Shown: one piece after another, positions 14,572 through 27,086 of the stretch
Numbering within the stretch: position 1 is the stretch's first letter
Layout: every line of letters begins with the position of its first letter
From: Eledone cirrhosa
Taxonomy: Eukaryota
Reading direction: 5' to 3'
Assembly (NCBI GenBank): GCA_964016885.1
Contig: OZ024740.1
Location: forward strand, 356,190,001-356,254,000
Length of the DNA stretch: 64,000 nt
Notes under the pieces: model-generated
Seen by the model: only the letters and a program-made list of their open reading frames with translations
Database searches by the model: none
What the model was told of the DNA's origin: nothing
Translations under genes and position numbers: made by a program

Positions 14572-14710
14572 TACATTGTTAGTACGAATCGACCACTCCA
14601 CACCTGTATTAAAGAATACCTAAACACACACGCATCCTCATTAAAAAAACACTGACAAATGCAAAAACACGAACAAAAATCAATGTGAAATATTAGAACG
14701 AAAAAACAAA
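14572..14710 (+). pseudogene. Decayed Penelope-like GIY-YIG fragment
   Basis: Translates YIVSTNRPLHTCIKEYLNTHASSLKKH*, a decayed YIGxTxRxLxxRIxEH motif. Confidence 0.5.
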
Positions 14711-14800
14711 GATAATGATAATAAATACTAGGTAACTAACTGTTTCGTTGCCTTTATTTTACCATCCATTTTGCAATGTCTTAGCCTCCTTAAACATATC

Positions 14801-14837
<37 letters not shown>

Positions 14838-14842
<5 letters not shown>

Positions 14843-15143
14843 ATACTTTGGGAGGGTCATGTTGCCAATAAGAAACACACGCACCAGTTGCTTTCACTTC
14901 AATTTATTATAATAAATTTATAAATTTAGGAATTTATAAATTTATAAATTTCTGGTTGGTTGGTTGGTTCCATAACCAGATAGTTGTTTATATATTGTCA
15001 AAGTTCTTTCGTCACACATTCTGTGACCTCATCAGTGACTGGGGATTCTTTTCTTTGTTTTTGTGCCTCTCCCAAAGTATAATAATATCGGTTTCAACAC
15101 ACGATTTCAGATAAAGAATCTTGCTAAACAAATTCAGAAACGA
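14838..15143 (-). mobile_element. Non-coding mini-derivative related to the PLE-2 family, in (TA)n
   Basis: Ends TTGTTATACTTTGGGAGGGTCA and ...GTTTCAACACACGATTTCA...GCTAAAC match the ends of 35522-36950; about 20-bp inverted arms 14835-14854 / 15069-15088. Confidence 0.8.
14997..15039 (-). ncRNA. Type I hammerhead ribozyme motif
   Basis: Minus strand reads GTCA CTGATGA g GTCACA gaatg TGTGAC GAAA G aa C TT TGAC. Confidence 0.8.
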
Positions 15144-15222
15144 AATATATATATATATATATAGGCGGCTCTGAAACCATCAACACCAAAAACAGAGAGC
15201 TGGCATATCTAAGAACTGACTA

Positions 15223-15278
15223 ACTGCCTGATGAGGTCATAGCCATTCAATGGGTATCATCGAAATATATATAGCAGT
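15223..15278 (+). ncRNA. Type I hammerhead ribozyme motif in a 160-bp TA-flanked insert (15164-15323)
   Basis: ACTGC CTGATGA [GGTCATAGCCATTCAATGGGTATCATC hairpin] GAAA TATATA TA GCAGT. Confidence 0.85.
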
Positions 15279-15488
15279 AAATAAAGGATTATGAGTTCAT
15301 GCAATTGACTTATGTTTCGTCACTATATATATATATATATAATCAGGGATTGATTCCAGAGTCGGGCCAGATCGATACAGATCGAACCTTGAGCTGATCG
15401 ATAGCGAAACGTTATGAAGACCTAACAAATTGTCCTTTTTAACAAATTGTCCTAACAAATTGACCTAACAAATTATCCTTTTTATTAT

Positions 15489-15554
<66 letters not shown>

Positions 15555-15829
15555 TAATATATACTGGATATGCAACCGACAGATAGTATTAGCAATTGAA
15601 AAGACCAATGGAAACATTGTTTCCTCTGTCCGAGTTCCACCCAATTCGTTAAGATTAGACAAGTAAATATAAGGTAAGTTACCTCATTGATTAGTAGTAT
15701 ATGCGTGTACATATGGGATGTGATTACCACATGTGTGTGTGTGTGTGTGTGTTTGCGAACGTCTGTATTTATGGGTTGGACCTTAGATGAGGTATGTGTG
15801 TGTATAATTTGAAGTTTCATCGATTCTAA

Positions 15830-16103
15830 TGATGATTGCTCCATTAGTTTGACCAACGGAACTGACTGCTCATGAAATTAACACGCGAAAGGCAGAACGT
15901 TTCACATACACGTGGTACCTTAACGTATTTTTCAGGGAGATTCAGCGTGACACACATGTCTAACCCTTTCAATTACAGGTAAAATCCATTTTTGCCAGGA
16001 CAACGTAGACAGGACAACGTGACGCAAGTGTTTTGTTCAGGGTCAAAACACGCTGCTGGGAATCGACTGTGAGTCAATACCCTACCCTTCGAGCCACGCG
16101 TAT
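15830..16103 (-). mobile_element. SINE family B, diverged
   Basis: Shares body and head motifs with 25468-25773. Confidence 0.65.
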
Positions 16104-16862
16104 TCATATTCCGTTGAGGAATATAATGCTGCATTCAGCATGTTTCATGCTTTTTCATGTGGCAATTCTGAAATGATTTTATGGTTCTAATCGATGAAAG
16201 ACCGGCGAGCAAGCAAAGAATGCAAGCTAACAAATGATCCAGAAATACTTGTATAATTCCGACTTAAATATATCAAAATATACAAGATTCTAACGGATTT
16301 CTTAGAAATTTCTAATGGGATCATTTTGTTGCAGACAATAGGCTCTCTTTAATTTTGGTTTTACGTAATACGAAATGAGTTTACATCATTAGTAAATAGA
16401 CAACGGAGGAGCTGCCTATTCAATGAATAGGATTTTCTATATAGTTAATTGTCTTCAAATCTTCCTGGCCACAGCAAAAGTTTCCATAAAAGTCCAATGC
16501 TGTGTGATGCCAGGGCAATAAAGTGTTCAGTTGATATAAGAAACCATTATTTAAGTGGGTATTGAATACTTCGCGAGCAACATTTACTTATAATTCTCTA
16601 CGTTGAGTCTATATATAATGTTGATTATTGGCACGTGGAATGATATATTAATAATTAATTTCTAGGATATAATTACATAAATGTTCACCATTTCTGTATA
16701 TACAAATGACATGCTTGTTTAAATGTATGAGTAACCTTGAAGAAGTACTTGAAACAACAAATATAAGGTTAATACCCAGGACCTTATGACTAGACAGCGA
16801 ACTTCTGATATAGGAAATGCACAGTGTGTGTAAATTTTAAAGAGTTACAGACGTGTATATAT

Positions 16863-16966
<104 letters not shown>

Positions 16967-17024
16967 AATGCTCTGATACGATCAACACTATACATACAGA
17001 GCTGGCATATCTAAGAACTGACTA

Positions 17025-17080
17025 ACTGCCTGATGAGATCATAGCCATTCAATGGCTATCATCGAAATATATATAGCAGT
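17025..17080 (+). ncRNA. Type I hammerhead ribozyme motif in a 160-bp TA-flanked insert (16964-17125)
   Basis: ACTGC CTGATGA [GATCATAGCCATTCAATGGCTATCATC] GAAA TATATA TA GCAGT; paralogue of 15223-15278. Confidence 0.85.
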
Positions 17081-17121
17081 AAATAAAGGATTATGAGTTC
17101 ATGCAATTGACTTATGTTTCG

Positions 17122-17187
<66 letters not shown>

Positions 17188-17188
<1 letters not shown>

Positions 17189-17697
17189 TACCAGATTTAC
17201 CCAGCGTTGCCCGGGGTTTGAAATTATGCTAAGAATATACAGCTAGGAAGTAAATTGAATGGAAAATCCCATAAGGATTTAGTTTTTATGGGTTTGCTGA
17301 CACAGGCATGTGACTTAGAAGAAAATGGATGTTCGCTTAAGAGCCTTGTAGTGCAGAGAATAAACACCTACAATTTTGTCGCGAGTGACAAAAAAATGTG
17401 CAAGCTACAGCTGAAAAGTTGTAGGTCCCAACAGTTTGAATGGAAAGTCCCATAAGGATTTTGTTTTCATTGATTTCTACCTTACATCATGCACTTTGGA
17501 AAAAATAATTTTGCTATCGATTTTTTATTGCTCATCGTTGGTTGATTTGAAAAATGTTTGTGATGTGATCATCTTAGCGACAGGTGCAACGTGCACAGAA
17601 AATTTGGTCAAATTCAGTTGGGAATTGTAAAAGCCTTAGCTGTCCAAAGTTGTCCACAGACACACACACATCCTCGCTTTTATATATATATAGAAGA
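17188..17697 (-). mobile_element. Non-autonomous Helitron
   Basis: Minus strand starts A|TCTTCTATATATATATAAAA and ends with a CCCGGGCAACGCTGGG hairpin plus GTAG|T (CTAG-like). Inserted between A and T with no TSD; internal repeat TTGAATGGAAA.TCCCATAAGGATTT at 17255 and 17436. Confidence 0.75.
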
Positions 17698-17770
17698 TAT
17701 ATATATAAGCTCCGGCCGTTTCGACAGCTAGATCCGAACTCTCTCTCTCTCCGTCTCTCTCTCTCTCTCC

Positions 17771-17894
<124 letters not shown>

Positions 17895-18212
17895 AATTAT
17901 AGATTTCAGAAAGCGGTAGAAAAATATAAGAGGTAAAGGATGACAAATAAAACAAAGTAATGTCTTTACCCAATATATTTCAACATAATGTTTCAGGGCT
18001 ATAACTCTCTTTTCAAATGTGAAAACGAAAACAGTTCGAAACAAAACGCATGATCATGTCTTCTTCCCTAACTGGTCTAAGTGTTTAAAATACGCACGAG
18101 TGGAGCAGTTATAGTAGCCATTCTGCTTCAGGCATTTCTAATCTCTGTATAGATATACTTATATACAAAAACACAGGTGGGGTATTATTATAGTTGATTA
18201 TATATGTTGGAA

Positions 18213-18514
18213 CTTCGTCAGTTCCAACAATGAGTGTTCCACTTTATTCGGTCAACGGAACAGTATGACTGTGAAATTAACGTGCAAGAGGCTAAGCATT
18301 CCACAGACACGTGTACCTTTCACATAGTTCTCAGGGGAATTCGGCGTAACAGAGATCATGACCAGGCCGACCTTTTTAACAACCCATTTTTGTTAGCTGA
18401 AGGGACTGGTGAAACCTCAAATAAAATGTCTTGCTCAAAGACACAAAGCGCCACTGGTGATCGCGACCACACTATTATGATTCCAACACCCTTACCACAA
18501 AGCCATATGCGTTC
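18213..18514 (-). mobile_element. SINE family B, diverged
   Basis: GTGAAATTAACGTGCAAG...CACAGACACGTGTACC...AAATGTCTTGCTCAAAGACAC. Confidence 0.7.
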
Positions 18515-19614
18515 ACATATATGATACGCACAGCAGTTATGTTTAGTTCCAGTGTTACTCACATTGTTCACAAAGTAGAGAACATCGTATTGCTGCTACA
18601 CTTACAAACACCCTAAACTACATCCAAAAGTTCATTCGACTAATTGACTGAATGCACAACTGGCTCGTGGACGTTGTGTTTCCCTCTGTTTGTCTTATGT
18701 TACTACTATCACGATTTCTCCTCGGAATTTGAAATCCGCATAACTCCCCTCTATCTAGATAATCCGATACACAATATTTGTTCTCTCGCCACCCATTGTG
18801 TGTTTCAGATCCTGCTCTAAATAAATTCTCCAATTACTCTACACCTGCTCTGAAACATTCCGGAAGACTCTTTCCGCCAGAGTTGTTCGATCTACAGATA
18901 TTTAAACTAACCTTGTGGTTATGTTAGAAATAACTATTATTTATTAACAATATTCTATCACTGAAAACTGGATGTTTGAATTAATTTTGTATGAAATTCC
19001 TGTTGGAATAAGAACTTACTGAAGAATTCTTGCCATCTCAACAAATCGGTTGATTAAACAGACAAGAAAATAAATGATCGGATACATATGATCAATATAT
19101 AAATGAATCAATATTGATCAGATCTGACATATGTATTATATGTGAAGTGGTTTGGAAATCAAGTTCGGGTTAATTCCTTCATGGACTTATTTGTTGTCGT
19201 CTATCTGACTAAGTCAAGTAAACACGTGATTAGAATATGGTTTAGTTGATGCCAAGTCATCATCCACCGTCGTTATTCAGTCTGATAGAAATAACATTCC
19301 AAATCTCTCTCAAATATCAGTCAATCGTCTTACAGACATTGGACACTGTAGTCTGTGGTATACGAATAGATGGATGAACCAAAGTTGGAGCACCTTTGGT
19401 CATGAGTTCGCTCTATCGGATCTGACTTTGGCTAAGCAACATAAGACAGATAGAGATTTAGAGAAACAACAACTCTAGTCTTTGGTGTAATGATGAATGA
19501 GTCTTGGCTGGAGCCCCTTTGATGACAAGTGTGCTCGAGCAGATCTAATCTAGACTAAACAGCATCAGGCAGTCAGAAAGGATTTAGCGAAACAGGCTAG
19601 TTGTATTTGTTGGA

Positions 19615-19815
19615 TTGACAGAATCGTTAGGAAGTCGGGCAGAATGCTTTGCGGCACTTTGTTATAGCTTTTTATATTCTGAGTTCACATCCCGCTGTGG
19701 TTAACTTTGACTTTCATCCTGCTAAGGTCGATAAAATAAAGTACCAGTAATGTACTGGGTCAAATTAACTGTCTTTCTCATACTCAAAATAGCTGGTATT
19801 GTGCGAATGTTTAAA
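19615..19815 (+). mobile_element. SINE family A, diverged
   Basis: TGAGTTCACATCCC B box; CTTTCATCCT...GGTCGATAAAATAAAGTACCAG. Confidence 0.7.
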
Positions 19816-20172
19816 CCTAGGATAAATTTCGTTGAGCAAACTTATCACCTAAGGTGTTCAATCCGTTTTCTTAAATGTGTAGTATTACCTAGATACATCT
19901 ATCTCATCTTCCCGTTTTAAAGAGGGTAGCGTGTGATTTGAGGGAAATCTGGCTGCTGTTTCTTGCAGGCAGAGAGACTGCATAGAGGCGCACCCTTTGG
20001 TACGTTAACACACTAGTCAAGTGAGTACCATGCATTTCCTTCTCCCCAGTCCCCTTTAATTCCCTACATTGTTTGTATGCTTGTTTCTTTCTTTCTTTAT
20101 TATTTCTTGTCATTTTCCCTTTATTTTCCTAAGCACATATTGTATTTTTCCTTTTTCCTTTATTTCCATAGG

Positions 20173-20174
<2 letters not shown>

Positions 20175-20241
<67 letters not shown>

Positions 20242-20301
20242 TTTTCTGCCTTTCTTTCTTTCTTTCTTTTTTTACTCACCTTTCTTCTTTCTTTCATTCA
20301 C

Positions 20302-20344
<43 letters not shown>

Positions 20345-20346
20345 TC
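20175..20346. repeat. (TTTC)n microsatellite
   Basis: Direct reading. Confidence 0.9.
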
Positions 20347-21644
20347 GTTCATCCAGCTTCCTCTCTGGCGTCAGTAAACTGAATATCATGAATACCCAAT
20401 AAACTAAGTTTACTTGATGGCTAACAATAATACTGACACAGCACAGCATTCCACACATTTACCTGCCTAATCGAACGTAGTAATCACACGAACGTTGGCA
20501 AACACTTTGCTCCAAATCGATATTTACGACTTCAATCGACTATATTGGGAAATTCTTGAAGAATTCTTAAATCTCAGGTGGTGCCTTGTCTTTATATTAA
20601 ATCAGATGAAATTGTGTTCATAGGCCACCCTAATCCATTTGCAATAATAATTTTTATACAGTTTATAGTTTTTACTCTGGCTCTTTTGTAATCGTAAAAG
20701 TGCTGCCTATTAACGAGTGAATTGCTGCCAATATTCACCAGAGAGAGTGTATGTGTGTATATATGTGTGTGTCTGTGTGTACGTACGTGTGCGTGTATGT
20801 GTATATGTGTGTGAATGCATATATAGTGAGTGCATGTGCGTGTCTGTGTATATCTGTATGTGTGTGTGTATGTGTGTATGTGTATGTGTGTGTGGTATGA
20901 CAGCAGCTATTGATAAATAATCCAAGCATAATTTAGAATAACTTCTTTTTAAATATATTCTTACTTACTCTTTGAATCTTTTTGTGTTTGTGTTTAACAT
21001 AATCGCTATTTAGATTTCTTTGTGGTTATAGCATGACCGAATGGTGAAGGAGAGCACTGTGCAATCATATGGTGCTGTGGTCGATTCTATCGGGTGGCGT
21101 ATTGGACAAGTGTCGTATATTATGGCCTTGTGGGTGAAATTTTATAGACAAATTGTGTAGAAGCGCTGTCGAATGGATTGTACATATAATTCAAAGATTC
21201 AATCTTGGCACATATTGTGTCACACTGATTCAACTAGAGAATTATATCATGGATAGACGTGTCTGTGGATTATTCAACCACTTACACATTAATTTAGGAG
21301 TCAAATGTTTGGTGGATCGAACAACTGAGAAGCTCATCATGAAAACCGATGAAAGAACACTCTTTTACATATTTCTATGTTTGGAGTTCAAGGTCGACTT
21401 TACTTTTTATACTGCCGCGGTGGTGATAAGATACATATGATAGTTGTCTTTGTATTTGAATACTCCAGTGATTCTACACAATGTTAAAGTGGTAAACGAT
21501 TGAACGATACTCAAGAAACTCCCGGCTACACACTTCTCACTAAAATCTTTACATCTACTTCCACATTACAAAGTGAGAAATAGCTATTTGTTCTCGTTTT
21601 TGTTATTCATAAAATAAATACCAATAGAATACTGCCTTACATAA

Positions 21645-22215
21645 TTACCTTGCGATAATATACTACACTATGATATATACATTGCTTTGCGATATTGTAT
21701 TACACTGTGATACATAGACTACCTTGCAATACATACAATGCCATGGGATAATGTATTACACTGCGATACATCACTACCTTGCGATACATACATTACATTG
21801 CAATACAGAGCCTTGCGATAATGTAGTACACAGTGACATTTAAATTGCATTGCGATAATATATTTTACTTTGCGATAAAATAGTACACAATAATACATAC
21901 ATTACCTTGCGATAATGTAGTACATTGCGATACTTACATTACCTTGCGATAATGTAGTACATTGCGATACTTACATTATCTTGCGATAATGTAGTACATT
22001 GCGATACTTACATTATCTTGAAATAATTTAGTACATTGCGATACTTACATTATCTTGAAATAATTTAGTACATTGCGATACTTACATTACCTTGAAATAA
22101 TTTAGTACATTGCGATACTTACATTACCTTGAAATAATTTAGTACATTGCGATACTTACATTACCTTGAAATAATTTAGTACATTGCGATACTTACATTA
22201 CCTTAGGATAATGTA
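21645..22215. repeat. Minisatellite with a 37-bp unit built from two 18-19-bp subunits
   Basis: Units start at 21902, 21939, 21976, 22013, 22050, 22087, 22124 and 22161 (TTACCTTGCGATAATGTAGTACATTGCGATACTTACA and variants); degenerate monomers at 21645-21900. Confidence 0.9.
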
Positions 22216-23654
22216 TTTCATTTCGACGCCTCCTTCATATAACTGCTGGTCTAAAAGTACACAGTTGACCATGTATTATAAGTACACAGTTTAATTAAAT
22301 ATATGAAAATAGTTGTTTCTTTAGGTCATCTAGTGTGTGGTTGACTTTATAGTAATGTTGCTACGGTTACAAACCACATAGAAAACCACACACAAAACCA
22401 TAACAACAACAACAACACTAGAAAACCAATGTAAATTAGGTTAAAGAATTTTAAGAACAAGCTGTATCATAAATAAACGAACCCTCCCCACCCACAAAAC
22501 AAAAATAACAAGGAAAGCATATATGCTTATTAAGCCAACCTCAAAAGTTAGGTAACTAACTTTCTGACACTTAAGAATTAAATTAAATTAAAAAGAAAAA
22601 GTTAAATATTTTCACTTCTTCAGTTGACAAAGAGAAGAACTATACGTTATCAGGCATCTTTCTTCCTAAGTCAAATTGAATTGCACCTGCCTAGAGTGAG
22701 TGAGAGGAAAAAAAAAAATCTATTACTGAAGCTTCTATCTCTAACCAGGCAGAATAAAGTTCCCTAAGAAAACAAAAAAACAAACACACAATCAATATAA
22801 AACAAAACAAAAATATACAGAATAAACAGGAACAAGATTTCTCTGGTATATTTTAAAATCAATAGCTATAAATTACCTGAATTGTTTCTTGAACAAAACT
22901 AAAGAAACAAACAAATATCGCTGGGAATCACGTTGAACACATATTGTATAAACATGTTCAGTTAGGTTGGCATCACACACACACACATATATATACACAC
23001 GCAAACACATATATACACACGAAAACACACACATATATACACACGAAAACACACTCATATATGCACACATATTCACTATACACACACATATACACACCAT
23101 ATACACACACACACACACATGCAAATACACACAAACAAACACACATACAAACACACCATGCGCACATACATCTACAATATATACACCATATATACACACA
23201 TACACACCATATACACCTACAAACACACCACACACACACTCTGAACACACACGTACACACTATACATGCACACACATACATACCAAATATTCACCTTTCA
23301 TATACACACCATACACATACGTATTCGCTCACTCACATATACACACTACACACACATACACTACATAAAAACTAAATGATGCTGCGTTGTTTCATAAAGA
23401 TACTCTTATGTTCTACCCGAAGCAATTAATTGTTTGGTTTATAGTTTACACTTTTTCTTTTTTATTTATTTTCATGAGAAAATATTTAAGAGCAGCTTAA
23501 GGTATATTTTGGTATTTGTCGTTATACTTCCTTTGAAAACAGAATCACCTGAGGCTGCATAACTTTAACTAGTCATTCATATACATCAATAAATTATTAT
23601 TTGTCTTGAGAAACCATGGGTTAGGACCAGGTATGTCTCCAAAATTTAACTACC

Positions 23655-23840
23655 CACATCCCTGAGAGACGAATAGAAGGAAAAGGACCAGGGGACGACA
23701 GAAAAGATGTACAGATGATATTGAGGAATGGACAGGAAGGAGCTTGGTAGAATGTACAGCAATGGCAAGAGACAGTAAAAAAATGGAGTGTGCTGGTCCA
23801 TAAGTCCATAACTCCCGACATATATGAGGATGGTGACGCT
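23655..23840 (+). mobile_element. RTE-clade LINE 3' fragment
   Basis: Manual translation RIEGK..G(R)..RCTDDIEEWTGRSLVECTAMARDSKKWSVLV matches the RTE C-terminal GKxxGxRxRGR...DDIxxW...AxDRxxW pattern. Confidence 0.65.
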
Positions 23841-24470
23841 AGGCTATGTCTCCCAGCTTCACGGTACTGACGTGGTCAAAGGAAAGGGAGTGTCCCGAAG
23901 AGTTTGATACCAACACTATTGCAGAGGTTGTCAGATTTAGGTTGAAGACAATATTTAACAGTGATTCCAGCTCCTGATTTGTCGTCGATTAGGTTTGTGT
24001 AAATCTTGAATTTGACCGCCAAATCCGGGGGTTACCTCCCTTCGGAGAAACTACGTGACTACTAGCAGTGTTTACTACTAGTTCTTGCAACCAGCGGAGG
24101 CAGAACGAAAACTTGTTGACGAAGTAAATCCCACTGTTCTATCTTCCAAAGACGAATTAACTTGCAGGCCCCTGCAAATGGATTTTGTTGATTTAGGATT
24201 TACAGAAACCTAGTGGAGATGTTATATAATATTATGTAATATATCCACGATGGCCCAGGTAACTGTCAAACATTTCCCTGAGTCGGTTTTTTCGTTGTTC
24301 TGGTCCTAGAAGCTCGCATTTCGGTCGCTGGCTTAAATTTGCATAGCTGTCTAAACGTAATGTTATAACTCTAAGATAAAATTCCTTATTGAGTGCTTTT
24401 GGTTGCACTTCCCAACAGCATTCGTTAGATTGCCCACAACCAGAGCTTCGATTATGCTGTACTACCCTCT

Positions 24471-24511
<41 letters not shown>

Positions 24512-24517
<6 letters not shown>

Positions 24518-24976
24518 TTAAATAACATTACATATTTCTCACAACTCTTTCAGAACAATATGTTGATAAACAAAAATATAAACGTATATAACAAATACAA
24601 CCAATCATCGCCAGGAACCTCACAACAACGCACCAAAACACATGACCGGAGTGAGTGAGGAAAGGAAAAAAAAAAAAGAGAAAAGAAAAGAAAAAGTAAA
24701 AAGGGGGAAGCAAAAACGAAAACGACCATGAATTCAACACCTAGGGCGTCAATCGCCCGTACATCATGAGTGTCAACGGAACACTTTGAGGCAAGCCAAC
24801 ACGCTCGTTACATTACCACGGCTGATGGTAAGGCTAAGGCGGTGAAACAACCAGGCACCCTCACGGGCATCACCTGACACCTCAGTAAGGCGAGCCGCCA
24901 GATATGACAAGAATTTCGCTGTCAGCAGCCCAACTCCACCAAACGTCTCGAACGCCCCAGACTGGAGAAAATAATA
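24512..24976 (-). mobile_element. CRE-clade non-LTR retrotransposon 3' fragment (RLE C-terminus plus 3' UTR) abutting (TA)n
   Basis: ORF 24773-25006: AFETFGGVG...KFLSYLAARLTEVSGDAREGAWLFHRLSLTISRGNVTSVL matches the CRE-type ETxG...QRLSxxxQRGNA terminus. Confidence 0.75.
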
Positions 24977-25097
24977 ATTTTTTCTACTTTTGGCCCAATC
25001 CAGCAATTATAACAGTATATTACTGATATTTTATTTTACCGTAAGGATGAAAGGCAAAGTTAACCTCGGCGGGATTTGAATTCAGACTGTAAAGGGG
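24977..25097 (-). mobile_element. SINE family A, truncated
   Basis: CGTAAGGATGAAAGGCAAAGTTAACCTCGGCGGGATTTGAA core. Confidence 0.75.
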
Positions 25098-25467
25098 CGC
25101 ACACACACACAGAGTCACACACACTCTCTCACACACACTCTCTCACACACACATGCCCTCCCCCACATACACACACTTACACCGACACGCATACATACTC
25201 ACATAGAGACACACACACAGCCACACTCACACATTCACATCACACATTTACCTCAACGATGAATACATACACCGATATATACACATTTATCATGCATATA
25301 TAAAACAACACCAGTAATGGAATATGCCTTATACGAAATAGAAAAATGAAATAAAACATAAAAAGAAAAACAAGTAAGCTAAAATGATCAAACTCACATC
25401 CCCTTAGATAAAAGTTTTACCTCCCACACTATGTAATACTACATACCTTTTAACTCACACTCCATAG

Positions 25468-25773
25468 TGGCACTCTGTCAGTTACGACGACGAGTGTTCC
25501 AGTTGATATAGTCAACGGAACAGCCTCTTCGTGAAATTAATGTACAAGTGGCTGAGCATTCCACAAACACGCGTACCCATAATGTAGTTCTGAGGGAGAT
25601 TCAGCGTGACGCAGAATGTGACATAGCTGGCTCTCTGAATTACAAGTACAACTCATTTTTGTGAGCTGAGTGGACTGGAGCAACGTGAAATAAAGTGTCT
25701 TGCACCCGGAATCGAACTCTCGACCTTACGATTGTGAGCCTTATTTGTTAACCACAAAGCCACGTGCCTTCAC
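25468..25773 (-). mobile_element. SINE family B (tRNA head plus CORE-like block), best-preserved copy
   Basis: Minus strand begins GTGAAGGCACGTGGCTTTGTGGTTAA...GGTCGAGAGTTCGATTCC, then GCAAGACACTTTATTTCAC. Diverged relatives near 40-290, 21035-21352, 26845-27045, 39500-39742 and 41365-41450. Confidence 0.8.
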
Positions 25774-26066
25774 AACTCCCACACTATATAATTCTATATA
25801 CTATACACTATTTCCTGCTACCTAACGCTACATCACTCCAAAGATTCCCAACCATGATAGAAAGACTTGTCACTGTGAGGCACTGAATTGTCTAGTTACC
25901 TCAATAAATGTTTTTATTCTACGACTAAACTGCATCGAGTTCGTTCAATCTTAATACCATGTACACACACATATCCACATACACACACATACACATACTC
26001 ACATTCACTTACACACATATACGTATATTTTATTGGTGATTAATACAAACAAACAACCCTCCCCCC

Positions 26067-26112
<46 letters not shown>

Positions 26113-27086
26113 TAGATAGATACTAATATATACATGTACATGGTTGTAGAAGCTCTCAGTAATGCAAGATCGATTACCAACTTCACAGACGTAGAAATGG
26201 AGACTATCTGACACGTCAGAAAATCTATTGTAATCTATAACTCCATTTCTATTACAAATCACTCAAGCGTTTCCTTTGTTGTGAGTATGGGTTTATCAGA
26301 TTCAGCAGAAATCAGCGAGTTGGTCGTCTTATTCTTACTCGCAAATCTAAAACCTAAACGTATTTTTAAAGTACACACAAATAGATGCATACCGACACGT
26401 ATGCACATAGTCACATGTACAACATATCATTGAAATCTTCATAAAGCCTTATATAAAGCCTGACCAGATTTTAATTAACTTAAGCATTTTAGTTTATTTG
26501 AAAACCCCCGAAACAATGTTATGTTATGAACTGATGTGGCACAGTAATAGTTTTATCTGGTCAGACTGTGTTTCTAACATGCAAATATTATAAACTAGAT
26601 TACTAAATACTTATGCATAGAGTCCAAAATCCATCGATTGTTTCAATGACTATATTGACCGGATGTGCAACCTTAATTGTGATGATAAATCCATTTGAGT
26701 GGGCCTCCATCGAATATTAGAAGTATCATGAAAACATATCTAATATGACCCCATCTTCCCTACAGCTTTCGTGAAGCAACTGCAATTTTGACAACTAAGA
26801 AGAAAAATGTCCAAACAGCAATATTATCAGAATCTCAAATAGTAGCGGCATGGCCGACTGGTTAAGAAGTTTTACTTCACAATTATTAGGTTCTCATGCT
26901 ACTGCATTGTATTTTGCACAAGTGTCATTTATTATAGCCTCGAGTCGATTTAAGGCTTGTAAGTGAAATTGCATAGACAGAAAAAGTTTGGACGCTCGTC
27001 GGATGAACTGTACCTGTAATTCAAAGTAGCAGGCCTGTGACATATATCTACGTTTGTATACTTGAGATATAGTTCTTTATATATAA

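Noticed and set aside
18618-18900. 71-aa minus-strand ORF in unique sequence
   Set aside because: No recognisable domain, an in-frame stop immediately upstream, and weak splice signals.
21902-22215. Regular 37-bp repeats suggesting a CRISPR array
   Set aside because: Units are contiguous with no unique spacers, there are no cas genes, and the context is eukaryotic.
23960-24215. GC-richer segment with apparent splice sites
   Set aside because: All three frames of the candidate minus-strand exon contain stops; the plus-strand peptide is unrecognised.
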